A stretch of DNA of 64,000 bases from Lingula anatina. Taxonomy: Eukaryota > Animalia > Brachiopoda. Position 1 is the stretch's first letter. Every line of letters begins with the position of its first letter. Below the pieces are notes generated by a model. It ran no database searches. It saw only the letters and a list, made by a program, of their open reading frames with translations, and had not been told where the DNA came from. The position numbers and the translations under genes were made by a program. Where the stretch lies: NCBI GenBank assembly GCA_051362555.1, contig CM120646.1:24212142-24276141 (forward strand), in the 5' to 3' direction. Shown in pieces: positions 12,401 through 26,800 of this stretch.

Positions 12401-15400
12401 TAAGTTCATGATCTCAAACAAAACTGACTGCTTTTGATTTACAGAATAAATGGCATGCAAACTGTATTCCATAAATAATATTCCAGGAAAAAAAAGATGT
12501 AATATTTTTCTAAAATTGAGCTAAAAAATGCATTATCCTCTCTTAATTTTCTCAAAAATCTGTGTCAGATATTTCATGGTATTTATGAGAAAATTGGAAA
12601 AATTTCAGATAAATTAACTTTGTTTCTTTGCTTTGTGTTTCACCACCAAAACCCTTTTAAGCATAATATCTTTTGCATACATGCATATGTAAGATGGTTG
12701 TTCAACCATGTTTTCCAAAGTTCTAGTTCAAATAACTGCAAAGACAAAGAGAAAATTATATCAAAATGCAAAACAACATTCTAAAACACCTAAAGGCATA
12801 AGTAGTTGAAATATTGCAGACTTTTTTCTATCCAAAACCCTTCATATTTCAACATGCCAATCAATGGATATGTGCCACTGAAAAAGCCTCATTACTGTAA
12901 CATCTGACCTTCAAGACCTTGACTCGTCTTCGTGTTTTCATACCCCTAAAACCTGCCTGAATCTTGACTGCTGCAGACCTACGAACCTATGGTGACAGAA
13001 GCAAATAGTATACAGAATAGCTTAAAGCCTAAAAGAGAAAAACAAAAGAATAAAAAAGAAAAAAAATAGTACAAGACATCAAGAGACAGCTAGCTAGTAC
13101 ATCTGTAAAATGCAACTTTTAAGGGAATCAAAAAAGTTTCAAGGTTGAAAATAGCCAAAAAAAAAAGAAAAAAAAAAGTAATGATATATCTTTCATATTA
13201 AGTCTAAACAGTGAACTCATGCAAATTGTATCTCCCAAACCTTGAGAGCTTGGACTTTATGGCGGGCCCTCATGCCCCGAAAGCCTGCTTGGATTTTAAC
13301 TGCTGCTGCAGTCTGAGCCTGACAAATACAATAGCACGTAAGGTCACAGTGACTGTTACTGCTGCAGTCTGAGCCTGACAAATACAACAGCACATAAGGT
13401 CACAGTGACTGTTACTGCTGCAGTCTGAGCCTGACAAATACAACAGCACATAAGGTCACAGTGACTGTTACTGCTGCAGTCTGAGCCTGACAAATACAAC
13501 AGCACATAAGGTCACAGTGACTGTTACTGCTGCAGTCTGAGCCTGACAAATACAACAGCACATAAGGTCACAGTTACTGTTACTGCTGCAGTCTGAGCCT
13601 GACAAATACAATAACACGTAAGGTCACAGTGACTGTTAATGTTGATGCAAAACTAAAATCTGCATTTTTAATATCACAGAGAATTGGTATAATGATGTAA
13701 ATCCACAAGTCATGGTGTTCTATATTCTTTGATAATTGATTTGAATTAATCAACTAGGATTCTATGTATATACCACCAACAGAAACTCATCACTAAGTTC
13801 TTTTTGATTGTACACTTGATTTGTTCATTTTATAAAAAGTCAGAGACAACCTGTTCACTGTTGTGAGTGAAATTGGTACCTATCAATGAATATCATTGAA
13901 AATTTAATTTCCTTCAATTCATTGACATTTTAGACAAATGTACTGTACACAGATTTTTCACATTACTTATGACAAGTAAAATCAGTTAAAATTGAAACTG
14001 ATCTGCCCATGCATATCAACATCCATAAATGCCTTCACTGAAATGTAAATAATGCAGGAAACTAAACTTACATCTGAAATATTCAAGAAGTGAGCAAATA
14101 GTTGTCAACTCCCAAAACCTAGTACCAATGTGTTAGTAGTGGCTCATTCAAAATTATTGCATCCATGTATCTAAGACCGCATTCACAACGAGTTGAGCCA
14201 TGGCTCTACAAATCCACGAACTAAATATGGCGGACGTACATGAAAGAAAAAATGCCTAATCTTTTAATAGTCTCTCCGCCTCTCACGCGCCTCCCCATGT
14301 GTCGTCCCTGCGGGGGTACAGTCATTAAATCTCTGCTCCATTGGGATGACACATGGGGAGGCGTGTGAGAGGCAGAGAGACTATGAAAAGATTAGGCGGT
14401 TTTTCTTTCATGTACGTCCGCCATATTTAGATCGTGGATTTGTAGAACCATGGCTTAACTCGTTGTACATGTAAATGCAGTCTAACTGTTAGTGAAAAAA
14501 ATGGGTTGGCATAAGGGCACAGGAAGGACATCAAGACAGAAGATAATCCCACTTCAAAATCACATATCTCCAGTCAAGACAGAAGACATCCCACTTCAAA
14601 ATCACAAACCTTAACAGCCTTCACATTTTTGCGTGCTTTCATGCCCTTAAAGCCAGCCTGGATTTTAGTTGCCGCTTTCTCTACTTCTGGGTCATTAAGA
14701 TCTATATCTATCTCCTCCTCTTCCTCCTCTACAGTGGCAGAAGCAGGCTCCTGTGAGGGTGCCATGTTAGCGTCATCATGTGCTGACTGGTTGGAAAAAG
14801 CAGAAGCAAAACAATACTAAACAATGCAAAGCTATTGGTTAATATAATAATAGTGCACTATCATCTGGATGGTGACATGCTTACAGTGAAAACTTGGAGA
14901 TGATTAACTAAATATATGCAATAATATTATGCAAACAACAACAAAATTTCAAGTCATGTTAATGTGCAATTTGTGCAAAATAAAAAAAAAACAGCATACA
15001 TTTTCATGATTTAGACAAAGCCATGCAAAAACAATCAAACAAATGATTAAAATTTTGCAGTAGCTCACAATGTATTTATATACAAATCAAGCATTTAACA
15101 TAAGAACACGTGTCTGCTTAATTGCATTCCACTTACACTAAAAATGTAAACATTTTACAAAAACAAAGTTTATATAACAATAATAATAACAGAACAAACT
15201 TTGAAAACAAGAAATTTCTTAGCTTAGTTGAATTGTGGATGCTGACAAACTCAGAATAAGTGACAATGGGTAAACCAGTGAACTGATATCATTACAACAA
15301 TCAATTGTTAAAGCGGTAAATAGATTGACAGAAAAATTGCAAAGTACCAAAACTTAAAAGAATGAAAATAAAATTTGTGGAAAAAATATTAAAAGTCTAT

Positions 15401-17633
15401 ATAATAGTGAAGAAAAACAGAATGAAAAAAACATTCACAGAACAAGAACAGACTTAAACACACCAAAAATAACATATAAGGGGAACCAGGATAGAAAACT
15501 AGAGACATAGGGCCATCTACAGGAACAAGTCAAGAGAGAGAGAGCAGGCAGCCATGGTAAGAGGGTTGGTGAAGAAATGGTGACACTCATTGTGACAGGT
15601 GGTAACAATTAAAACAGATGAGACAAAAGACAGCAGCCACATATAACAGACAGAGCACTAGAAATTAAACATTCAGTTATATATTTGTAGATCCACATTG
15701 TTAACCACAGCCACATGAAATGTATAGAAAGAGCACTAGAAAACAATCACTTAAATATTTGTAGATCCACATTGTTAACAGCAGCCACATGAAACGTACA
15801 GACAGAGCACTAGAAAACACTATTTGCAGATTCACACTGTTAAAAAAGACTATGAAAGTTTCAGATCATTCACAAGACAGGAGATCTACATAAAGAAAAC
15901 ATAAAGAGTGGGTCTCTGGCTCAGAAGTCAAAAGAGAACTGGTATCTTACTGTTTTCATATCACTGACTTGCTTCCTTGCCTTCATCCCTTTAAACCCTG
16001 CCTGTAATTAACAGATTAGGGAGTATTATAAGTTAGAATTAACTTTACAAAATAATACAATATTCTACGTACTTGTACATGTGGCCACTACTTTCCAACA
16101 GTTTGTACATCACTGTGCCACACTGGTGTCAACATCAGTCTGTACAACTACTGTGCCACACTGGTATCAACATCAGTCTGTTCAACTACTGTGCCACACT
16201 GGTGTCAACATCAGTCTGTACAACTACTGTGCCACACTGGTGTCAACATCAGTCTGTACAACTACTGTGCCACATTGGTGTCAACAACAGTCTGTACGTC
16301 ACTGTGCCACACTGGTGTCAACATCAGTTTGTACGTCACTGTGCCACACTGGTGTCAACATCAGTCTGTACAACTACTGTGCCACACTGGTGTCAACATC
16401 AGTCTGTACGTCACTGCGCCACATTGGTGTCAACATCAGTCTGTACGTCACTGTGCCACACTGGTGTCAACATCAGTCTGTACAACTACTGTGCCACACT
16501 GGTGTCAACATCAGTCTGTACAACTACTGCGCCACATTGGTGTCAACATCAGTCTGTATGTCACTGCGCCACACTGGTGTCAACATCAGTCTGTACGTCA
16601 CTGCGCCACATTGGTGTCAACATCAGTCTGTACGTCACTGCGCCACATTGGTGTCAACATCAGTCTGTACGTCACTGTGCCACACTGGTGTCAACATCAG
16701 TCTGTACAACTACTGTGCCACACTGGTGTCAACATCAGTCTGTACAACTACTGCGCCACATTGGTGTCAACATCAGTCTGTATGTCACTGCGCCACACTG
16801 GTGTCAACATCAGTCTGTACGTCACTGCGCCACATTGGTGTCAACATCAGTCTGTACGTCACAGCAACACACTGGTTTCAACATCAGTCTGTACAACTAC
16901 TGTGCCACACTGGTGTCAACATCAGTCTGTACAACTACTGTGCCACACTGGTGTCAACATCAGTCTGTACAACTACTGTGCCACACTGGTGTCAACATCA
17001 GTCTGTACGTCACTGCGCCACATTGGTGTCAACATCAGAGGCACATGTCAAATTAACAACAGTGGGAGGTACTGATTGAACTATATCCAAAATATATGGA
17101 GCCAATTTGTAATGTTTTCCTGCCATCATATACCAGCATGTACCTGTCTTATTTTGGCTTTTTAAATAAATTACTTAAAAGTTTTCAACCTTTTTTTCTT
17201 TTCTTTTTCTTTCTTTTGATGAACAATAAAATTTAAAAAATTGCTACCCCTGACCTATGGGTTTATCTTATCTGGTACAGGCATCAATTGTCTTTCGAGG
17301 CCAGGGAATCAATGGCACCTTCATGTATTGGAGTAAAGCACTTTAGAAAAACGAAGGGAAGATCTGTGCAAAACTTTCTTTTACAAAATGACTGAATCCT
17401 CTGACAAATTGAATCACATCTTAATTGAGCATCCCAATCGTCTTTTAAGATCTAACAATAGATACAAAGTGCCAAAATTTAAGACAGACAGATTCCGATG
17501 CTCTTTTATTCCATATGCACTTTTAAATATCCAATAGTATTATGCTGTCTTTTATCCTAAGTACAATAATTTTAAAGTTCAGTTAGCAGTCTTTTAACTC
17601 AGTTTTATTCATGCAAATATTCATTTTATACTC

Positions 17634-17698
<65 letters not shown>

Positions 17699-20600
17699 AT
17701 TTTTTTAATTTTTTTTTTTTTAACATTCTGTGGACAACTTCAACCCACTGGGTTGCAATCTTAATAAATTATTATTATTATTTATTATTATTATTATTAT
17801 AAATTATTTCTCTCAGGGACACCACTTTATAAGAAAGCCAAAGATTACAAGATGTGGGAGTCTCTCTATGCAGTACCTAATACAATAGTCTACATATTCC
17901 ACAGCTTTATAAGAATTGTGGTTATAAATGAAATATAGTTTGTTTTCACAGAAACAATAAATGGTAAAAAATTACATTTACTATAAATTTCACCTGAAAT
18001 ACAAGCATTATTGTACTTGGTTTGAGAAATCCTCTTCTTTGAAATTTTCTTTCTTCTGATATTGATATGGAAAACATTTTCTACCTCGGAGAGAATAAAT
18101 TTGACCATTTCTACATCCATCTCTGGCTTACCTGTATTTTTGTTGCAGCTTTTTCCACCTCTGGGTCAGTGAGGTCAATGTCCACTTCCTCCTCTGCCTG
18201 GGGCGTGTCCTCGGCACTTGGGGCAGCACCTGCTTTGTTCTTCTTCCTGGCATCTCTGGCTTGCTTCTGTTTTTCATATTCTTCTGGGTCTCTGGAAAAT
18301 TCATAAAGAAGAAAATCTATTACCGACATGTCATTCTTTGCAAGGAAAATAAATCTTGTAACAATTAAGTACATGCCTATCTCCTTCATAACAATTATTT
18401 TGTTGAACTTTGGCAATATCATCCCCCTCTCCCTCTTCTTTATATTGCGATTCCACCTTCACTTACTAACCTTAACCTGGATATCATGCATCCATCACAA
18501 ATAATTTAGTTGGAAAAGTAAAGCAGACTATAAAACTATTTAATTATGTGGTGCCTTTATTTTTAATTATTAACACTTTGCCAAAATGGTACTAACAACT
18601 GGATACTTAGTTTTAAGTCATATAACAGGGAATTTTATAATATGAGAACAGCACTTAAAATAGGCATTTAGAACTGTATTTATAACATAATATGTAAACT
18701 GTATTTGTAACAGGCAAGTTTACAACAGTTTAACAGCATTTATAACAGGCAATTAAAATTATGTTAACAGCATTTATAACAGGCAATTATAATATATTTC
18801 AACAACATTTATAACAGGCAATTATATGTTAACAGCAGATGTTAGCTGCATCTACATGTATATCAGACAGATCATTCAACTTATAACTGGTATGAAAACT
18901 TTGCAGTGTGAAAACAAGGTAAATGTCTGCTGAAATATAAAAAGACTTAATTCCAAATATATTATATCAATTATAATAAAAAGCAAAATATATTATATCA
19001 ATTATGATAAGAAGCAAAATCATAATTAGGCCTCTAAAATAAAAAATAAAAACATTTTTGCTAAGATCAAGAGAAGGTACTTCATCAACTTTCAATAATA
19101 TTTAGAATGATTTTTTTTTTCATTTTTTCATGAACACGGACACAACTTTCGTCAACTACAAATCCTTTGAGTTTTCTTTATAGAATCATCAATGTTATGC
19201 CATAATTGCAGAATGGCCAAATGTGTCGTGTCACACTATGAAAAATACGGAATTATCAAAGTACTGACAAGCAATTCCACATGATAGGTGACAGCAGCCA
19301 CAGCCTTTAACACGGATACAGGTCTAAAAACAGTAAGCAGCAGATGATGGAAATGTGTATCTTCCTATGATTTAAGGTTTAGAGGGATCTCTATACACCA
19401 GCACTGAGGCATCTCACCGTTCCTCTCACAATCATTATCAGTGGTTAGCACATAGTGTTTTCAAAGTTCTCGATACAATCTGACCCGATGTGACTGAACT
19501 GTTCCTGACTTTGTCTACGTTAAAAAAAGTTGCTGTGAGAAAATAAACAGAAATGGAATAATAATAAAATCACCTTACCCATCTTGCTGTTCATCCTCTG
19601 AGCTATATAATGTCATGAAGCTAAATTTAACACAACTTCATTTCCTCATAACAAAACAACTTCATAAGAAATCATAGTTTGATCTGAGCTTTTTACACAC
19701 AGACATTCAAACAATTAAGATTCACACTGTTTATGAAGGGATCTAATTATCATTTCAGACAGCATAATACAATCCAGGTAATGTCTGTCTTCACAGTGTT
19801 TGCTGTTTTTTTCTACATGAATGTTATAACTTATACAGAGATAAATAAACACAACACAAATTAAGAGGCTTAATTCAAATTTACAAAAGCTCAAAGAAGA
19901 TGTTCCAAGTTCCTTTTACAGCACCAAACAGATGTCATTCAGAACAAGTTCACTAACAAGATCCATGGACTAAATATGGCTGTCTCACTTAAAAGTAATG
20001 ATGATTAATACCCTGATGTGTGTGTGTGTGTGTGTGTGTTCATGCAAACTTACTTCATCTTGAGCACTCTCTGTCTGCCCTGGAATCCCCGGTATCCTGA
20101 CTGGATCATGATGGCTGCCTGGTCTTCCCTCATCTCTTGCACCTCCTGTGTGGCAGCATGCTGACGATACTTGGTCTGAATCTTCACCGCAGCTTCTTGC
20201 TGCTGGGGGTCGCCACTGTCTATGTCAGGTTTCTGCAGACATAGAAATTTAGAAGAGTGAAAACCATAGGCTTATCCATTCAACTCAACCTTTCACTGAA
20301 AGTGTTGGAACAGGTATGAATGTTAAAATATAGTAGTAGTAGGGCCTTGCAGATTTTACAGTAATTCTGCAGGTCTCAGTGATACTAAGTGAAGAACTGT
20401 TTCATGCAGATGTTTTAAGAATATCTGCACTGTCTGTAACACAAGAAGTAAAACAAAGGCAGTTCCTCCTTTGCCCAACCTCTTTCCAACTATATGCCAC
20501 TAAATCACTCACAAAGGTGGATCCCCTCATTTCTTCTGATACCTTTTCCTTTTCTTGCAGACACGGGTGACTATAAACCCCCACATACAGTACATGCATA

Positions 20601-23600
20601 CACATACACATTACCTTGAAAGCTTTGTTGTTATAGAACCTGTCTTCAAGCTTGGCACCATGCTCGACAGGGTCAATGCCTTCCTCTGGAATAGAACATA
20701 TAGCAAAGTTTTATATAAAATATGAATCTACATGGTCAATGCCTTCCTCTGAAAAAGAACATATAGCAAAGTTTTATACCACGCTTCAACATCATGTCAA
20801 TGTAGACACTCTCCATTATACCACACTTCAACATCATGTCAATGTAGACACTCTATTATACCACACTTCAACATCATGTCAATGTAGACACTCCATTATA
20901 CCACACTTCAACATCATGTCAATGTAGACACTCTCCATTATACCACACTTCAACATCATGTCAATGTAGACACTCCATTATACCACACTTCAACATCATG
21001 TCAATGTAGACACTCTCCATTATACCACACTTCAACATCATGTCAATGTAGACACTCTCCATTATACCACACTTCAACATCATGTCAATGTAGACACTCC
21101 ATTATACCACACTTCAACATCATGTCAATGTAGACACTCTCCATTATACCACACTTCAACACCATGTCAATGAAGACACTCCATTATACCACACTTCAAC
21201 ATCATGTCAATGTAGACACTCTCCATTATACCACACTTCAACATCATGTCAATGTAGACATTCCATTATACCACACTTCAACATCATGTCAATGTAGACA
21301 CTCTCCATTATACCACACTTCAACATCATGTCAATGTAGACATTCCATTATACCACACTTCAACATCATGTCAATGTAGACACTCCATTATACCACACTT
21401 CAACATCATGTCAATGTAGACACTCTCCATTATACCACACTTCAACATCATGTCAATGTAGACACTCTATTATACCACACTTCAACATCATGTCAATGTA
21501 GACACTCTCCATTACACCACACTTCAACATCATGTCAATGTAGACACTCTCCATTACACCACACTTCAACATCATGTCAATGTAGACACTCCATTATACC
21601 ACACTTCAACAACATTTCAATGTAGACACACCCTCTTTTATACCACACTTAGCACCATGTCAATGTAGACACTCTCCATTATACCACACTTCAACATCAT
21701 GTCAATGTAGACACTCTATTATACCACACTTCAACATCATGTCAATGTAGACACTCCATTATACCACACTTCAACATCATGTCAATGTAGACACTCTCAA
21801 TTATACTACACTTCAACATCATGTCAATGTAGACACTCTATTATACCACACTTCAACATCATGTCAATGTAGACACACTCTCTTTTATACCACACTTAGC
21901 ACCATGTCAATGTAGACACTCTCCATTATACCACACTTCAACATCATGTCAATGTAGACACTCTATTATACCACACTTCAACATCATGTCAATGTAGACA
22001 CTCCATTATACCACACTTCAACATCATGTCAATGTAGACACTCTCCATTATACCACACTTCAACATCATGTCAATGTAGACACTCTATTATACCACACTT
22101 CAACATCATGTCAATGTAGACACTCCATTATACCACACTTCAACATCATGCCAATGTAGACACTCTCCATTATACCACACTTCAACATCATGTCAATGTA
22201 GACACTCTCCATTACACCACACTTCAACATCATGTCAATGTAGACATTCCATTATACCACACTTCAATATCATGTCAATGTAGACACTCTATTATACCAC
22301 ACTTCAACATCATGTCAATGTAGACACTCTCCATTATACCACACTTCAACATCATGTCAATGTAGACACTCTATTATACCACACTTCAACATCATGTCAA
22401 TGTAGACACTCTCTATTATACCACACTTAGCACCATGTCAAGAGGATCAACACAGCACTATTAGCTTTTCTCATTCTGATCATTACTCTCTTAGACTGCA
22501 TTCCCACAAATTTTTAGATTGTTCTATCCCCCTGGGGAGTCTCACTAGATTGGTGTCAGCTTAACCAGCTTAAATGTCTATCTCGCCTACTAAAAGCTGT
22601 AAGGGGGTAATTAACTATAGTGCACGCTCGGCTGACAGCAATTTAGCATGAACCCCCAGGGAGTTAGGTCAATATAGATAGATAGATCTAAATCTGTGGG
22701 AATGCAGTTTTTATCACCAAAGCTTTTCTTCTATTTTGTAAATGGAGTCAACAACATAAAACCAGGCTCTGTTCACTGTATATATAGGGCATGGGAAAAG
22801 TAAGTCAAGTTTAACAAAATTTTTTTAAAAAACACTAGTAACAAGTAAGTAAATATCTTAGCTGTCAAGGCAGTTAAAATTTGTTTATCACCCACTTAAT
22901 GGTAAAAAATATCTGTGTCCTAGATAGTAAAAGTTTTGATCAAGAACACATGTATTACCAAAAATGCTGAAGCAAAATGGTCAAAATAGACTATGAAAAT
23001 GTGTGTGTAGATTTATTGCCAGACGTACAGAAGGTTTGCAAATGAAACTGATGTTTGAAAACAGCTTTAAAATGTTTCTAGCCTTTTCTATAAGTGCTCA
23101 AACAGCCAAGTCCATGCCAGTTAATTAAAAGCTATAAATACACTCCAATCAGAGTCTGTGGTGTGACATTATTCCCTAGGCAGACTTAGGAATATGTATG
23201 TATGCAGCTAGTTTGGTGTAGAAGAAAAGTGTCTATTAACACTTATATTAATAGACTTATACCTGGGTCTCAAGAGGTCCAAAGGCCAACAGCAAAGACT
23301 ACAACTTACCTTTTATAGCCATTTTAAAACATTAATTATATATATAGATTTATGCTTGTAACAAAGTTAAATAGCACTGCTATGGAAAGTTAAAACCTTT
23401 AGGAGTTCACAGGTACCAAAAATGGATCCTTGCCTCTGGATAGAAGTACAATTTAAGGTGCATCTTATTGTACTAATTTTGGTTGATCAATCCAGCTAAT
23501 TTATACTTGATATGATATTTACATGCAGTTGCAGTGAGCATAACTTGCAATAATTCTGGTAATGGAGGTGAATTAAGTCAGGTGTAGTACCTGGCAATAA

Positions 23601-23810
23601 TATGGTATTTGTAGTGAACATGTTCACATCATGAACACAATACATTACATGCTAGTTTGCTGTCCAACTCTTCAATACATCAAGAGACTTCAATCAATTA
23701 AGCACCCAACTGTTCTATACAGTCCTTAGTGTAAATCTTTAAGCCTTATTGACTTACAATTAATGCCAGGGGATACTCAAAAACCAATCCATGATATTAC
23801 ATTATAGAAC

Positions 23811-23868
<58 letters not shown>

Positions 23869-26800
23869 ATTTGCTATGGACCCTCCTGGCTACATTAACA
23901 TTTCATCACTGGACCCACCTCCATTTAAAAAGATAGGAGCTCCTTCCTCCTCCTCCATCCCCTGCCTTTCCTCCTCAGGCCCAGAGTCATCATATTCTGA
24001 GCTAGAGTCCTTATGGACCCTCTCAGATAAAAACTGTTTCAACTTTTTCTCCTGCCAAGCTTGTTTTAGCTCCTGTTTAAATTCCGTGACATCTTCCGTC
24101 CAGTCCTCCAGGTCTTGCTTTACATGGTCCAGTTTGTTCCCCATCACTGACTTATGTGACACTCTTAAGGAATTGACTTTTTAAAAGTTATTGAATTAAT
24201 ACCAGAGCCTCTTCTGGCTACATGGAGTCTCCAACCTGTGCACCTTCAAGATAAACTAGTAATATGCTTTCCTGAAATTTTACTAGCAAGCCTGTGTTCA
24301 CATAGACATCCTTCTTTTCACCATTCACTGTGAATCATAAGCCTTAACACTGATATACTATCCACCTTCAATATGTGTGCATAGTGGTGTCACTTAATTA
24401 TCAGTAGACATCACAGAAAAATTATAAGATATCCTGAATATGTGGTCTCCTTGCAATGAACTGAAATACTTTCTGTAAATTTTCCAAACTTCATCTACAT
24501 GTATGTTAAAGGCCAAAGTATCTATCCCACAGAGTCTGTATCAATTGTGACATATACAACAGTACATGGATAACAACCTGAAGATATATTCAACTGTGAC
24601 AGCTATGTAACATGACTATAGATCTTTAAGATGCTGGGTACTATTCAATAGCAACAGAGTCACTGTATTCCAGTGGTTAGTCAAGAGGAGTGGGATACAA
24701 CTCCAAAAGAGAGCAACTGGTACAATTCCCTGCCATAAAATTCCAATATTAAGAATATTAGAATTCAAACAGCTCTGCTTTTTAGTTTTTTATCAAGTTT
24801 ATTGTCCAAAGATGGCCAGCCATATGTTATGATATATGTATAGTGACAGCAGGAATGAGATCCCAGGGTCTGAAATGTCTTTCCTATGTACTTTAACAGA
24901 CAGCTCCACACGTGTGTGTCTTCCCCACGAAGTCAGTGTTCCTAGGAGAGCTGGTATCACACAATTATGTCAACCTTACAATGTGGGGGTGTTTCAATGT
25001 CCAAACTGATACCAGAACACCTCTGAAAAATTTGTCAGGGAGAAGTGGAAGTCAGATCCTAAGCTTGTTTTAGTCCCACTGGCTGTAAAGATGGTGTTTA
25101 CCTTTCAGACTCTGCTTCTCCTCCTCCTACCTGCTCAGTACTCTTTGCCCAGTTGTGAGGAGGCCAATTCTACCAGCTGTATCAGACTCTGCTTCTTCTC
25201 CTCCTACCTGCTCAGTACTCTATGCCCAGCAGCTGTGAGGAGGCCAATTCTACCAGCCGTATCAGACCAGAAGTCATGTGGGACAAAGCCTTCTCTGCTA
25301 GCACCTCACGCTCCAATACTACCAACACAGAGAGATCAATACAATACCATGCCAATGGCCACCAATCAATTCCTGAACAAACTTCCAACAGGGCTCTAGT
25401 ATTCTTGTTTTTATTTAGTAAATTACATTCTGTCACCACAAGACAAGTATCACCTGATATCTGTACAGTAAACAATGGGATGTCTCTGGGCTCTGTAAGA
25501 CTACTGGGATTTGCAGCTCTCTCTAAGCTCCAAAGAAGTCATCATTGGAGACTACTGTACTGTGTGGTTTATATAGCAACACTGACACAGATCTATACCT
25601 TTCTATAGCAGTATCAATACAGACAAAATACAGCTCAGTGTAAGAAAACACTGGGGAAAAAACACTTAAGCAGTAGTAATGTTCAACTCAATAACAAAGT
25701 TGGTGAAGGACAAAGCTCAAGGACTTGATACCTGGCCAGTTGGAGGTGGGGGGGGGGGGGGGGTTGCTCTTGCCCTGTTCCTTCATGCTTAGCACTAACA
25801 CACTGCTGTCTATTTAGAAGTACTAGTAAATGGTTCTTTGAACTTTCAATGAGGTTTTCTGTTCAAGTTTCTGCTGTTGATTGCACTGCTGGGGAAGAAG
25901 TCAAGAGCAGGAAATACTTGGCTGCAAGGTAATCTACAGGAAACACACCTGACTGTAGCTTTTATGTTATTGAACAGCACAGCAGTTTGCCATCTAAACC
26001 TTCATGTATGGCAGTTACTTTTGTAAACAAATGTCAAGTTGATTAGAAGCTCTAGTAAATAGTGGCATTCTTGATCTTTTCCTAGAGTGCCATCTATTTT
26101 TGTAAAGATCTGGAGGAGACTAAGTTGGCTTCATAAAATGTAAACAGGAATCAATTACATGAACTTCTGCAGACAAATCATTATTCATTTCCATCTTCAT
26201 AAAGTTTTCAATATTTTGTTTTCAGGTATCACAAGTAAAGAATCAGAAAAAAGGGAAAAAAGTAACAGGTACATTTGGTACTCTGATAAACAACAGAATA
26301 AATTATTATTATATAATACTAAAGGGGCTAAATCTCCCAAAAACATCTTAATTGTAGGCAATAACTCTATTTCTATTAAAAGAATGCATTTAAAAAAAAT
26401 CCAAAATATACTTAGAAACGTTTAATCTTCAATGGTGAACAAAGTATGTCCATGGACAAATATTATGTTGTAAACTTGAATACTCTGACTGATGGAAGCA
26501 CCAAAACAATGGTGAACAAAGTATGTCCATGGACAAATATTATGTTGTAAACTTAAATACTCTGACTGATAGAAGCACCAAAACAATTCGTGACCTGCAC
26601 AGCAAGAGATTAAATTACTATTGAACTGGGGTCAATTATTGATGTGCTGCCAGCCATCTTTCCATTCAATAATACCCACCATCCGTGACTAGGAGCTTCT
26701 AAATAATTAATCTATTTGGAGAACTACAATTCAATGAAAACTTGGCATGTAAACACAGTATGGAGTGCTCAAGAATGAGTTTATTTTCTGCCTCCAGCAT

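Noticed and set aside
16073-17079. Three overlapping ~300-aa Cys/His/Thr-rich ORFs
   Set aside because: All three frames are open because the repeat unit lacks stops. The same peptides rotate between frames, which marks a repeat artefact.
577-20232. Calling the multi-IQ gene ASPM or a myosin
   Set aside because: There is no CH, ASH or motor domain, and the N-terminal exons are clearly Sp17-type.
20772-22440. Regular short repeats that superficially resemble a CRISPR array (also 36366-36928 and 47568-49316)
   Set aside because: There are no unique spacers and no cas genes, and the context is eukaryotic.
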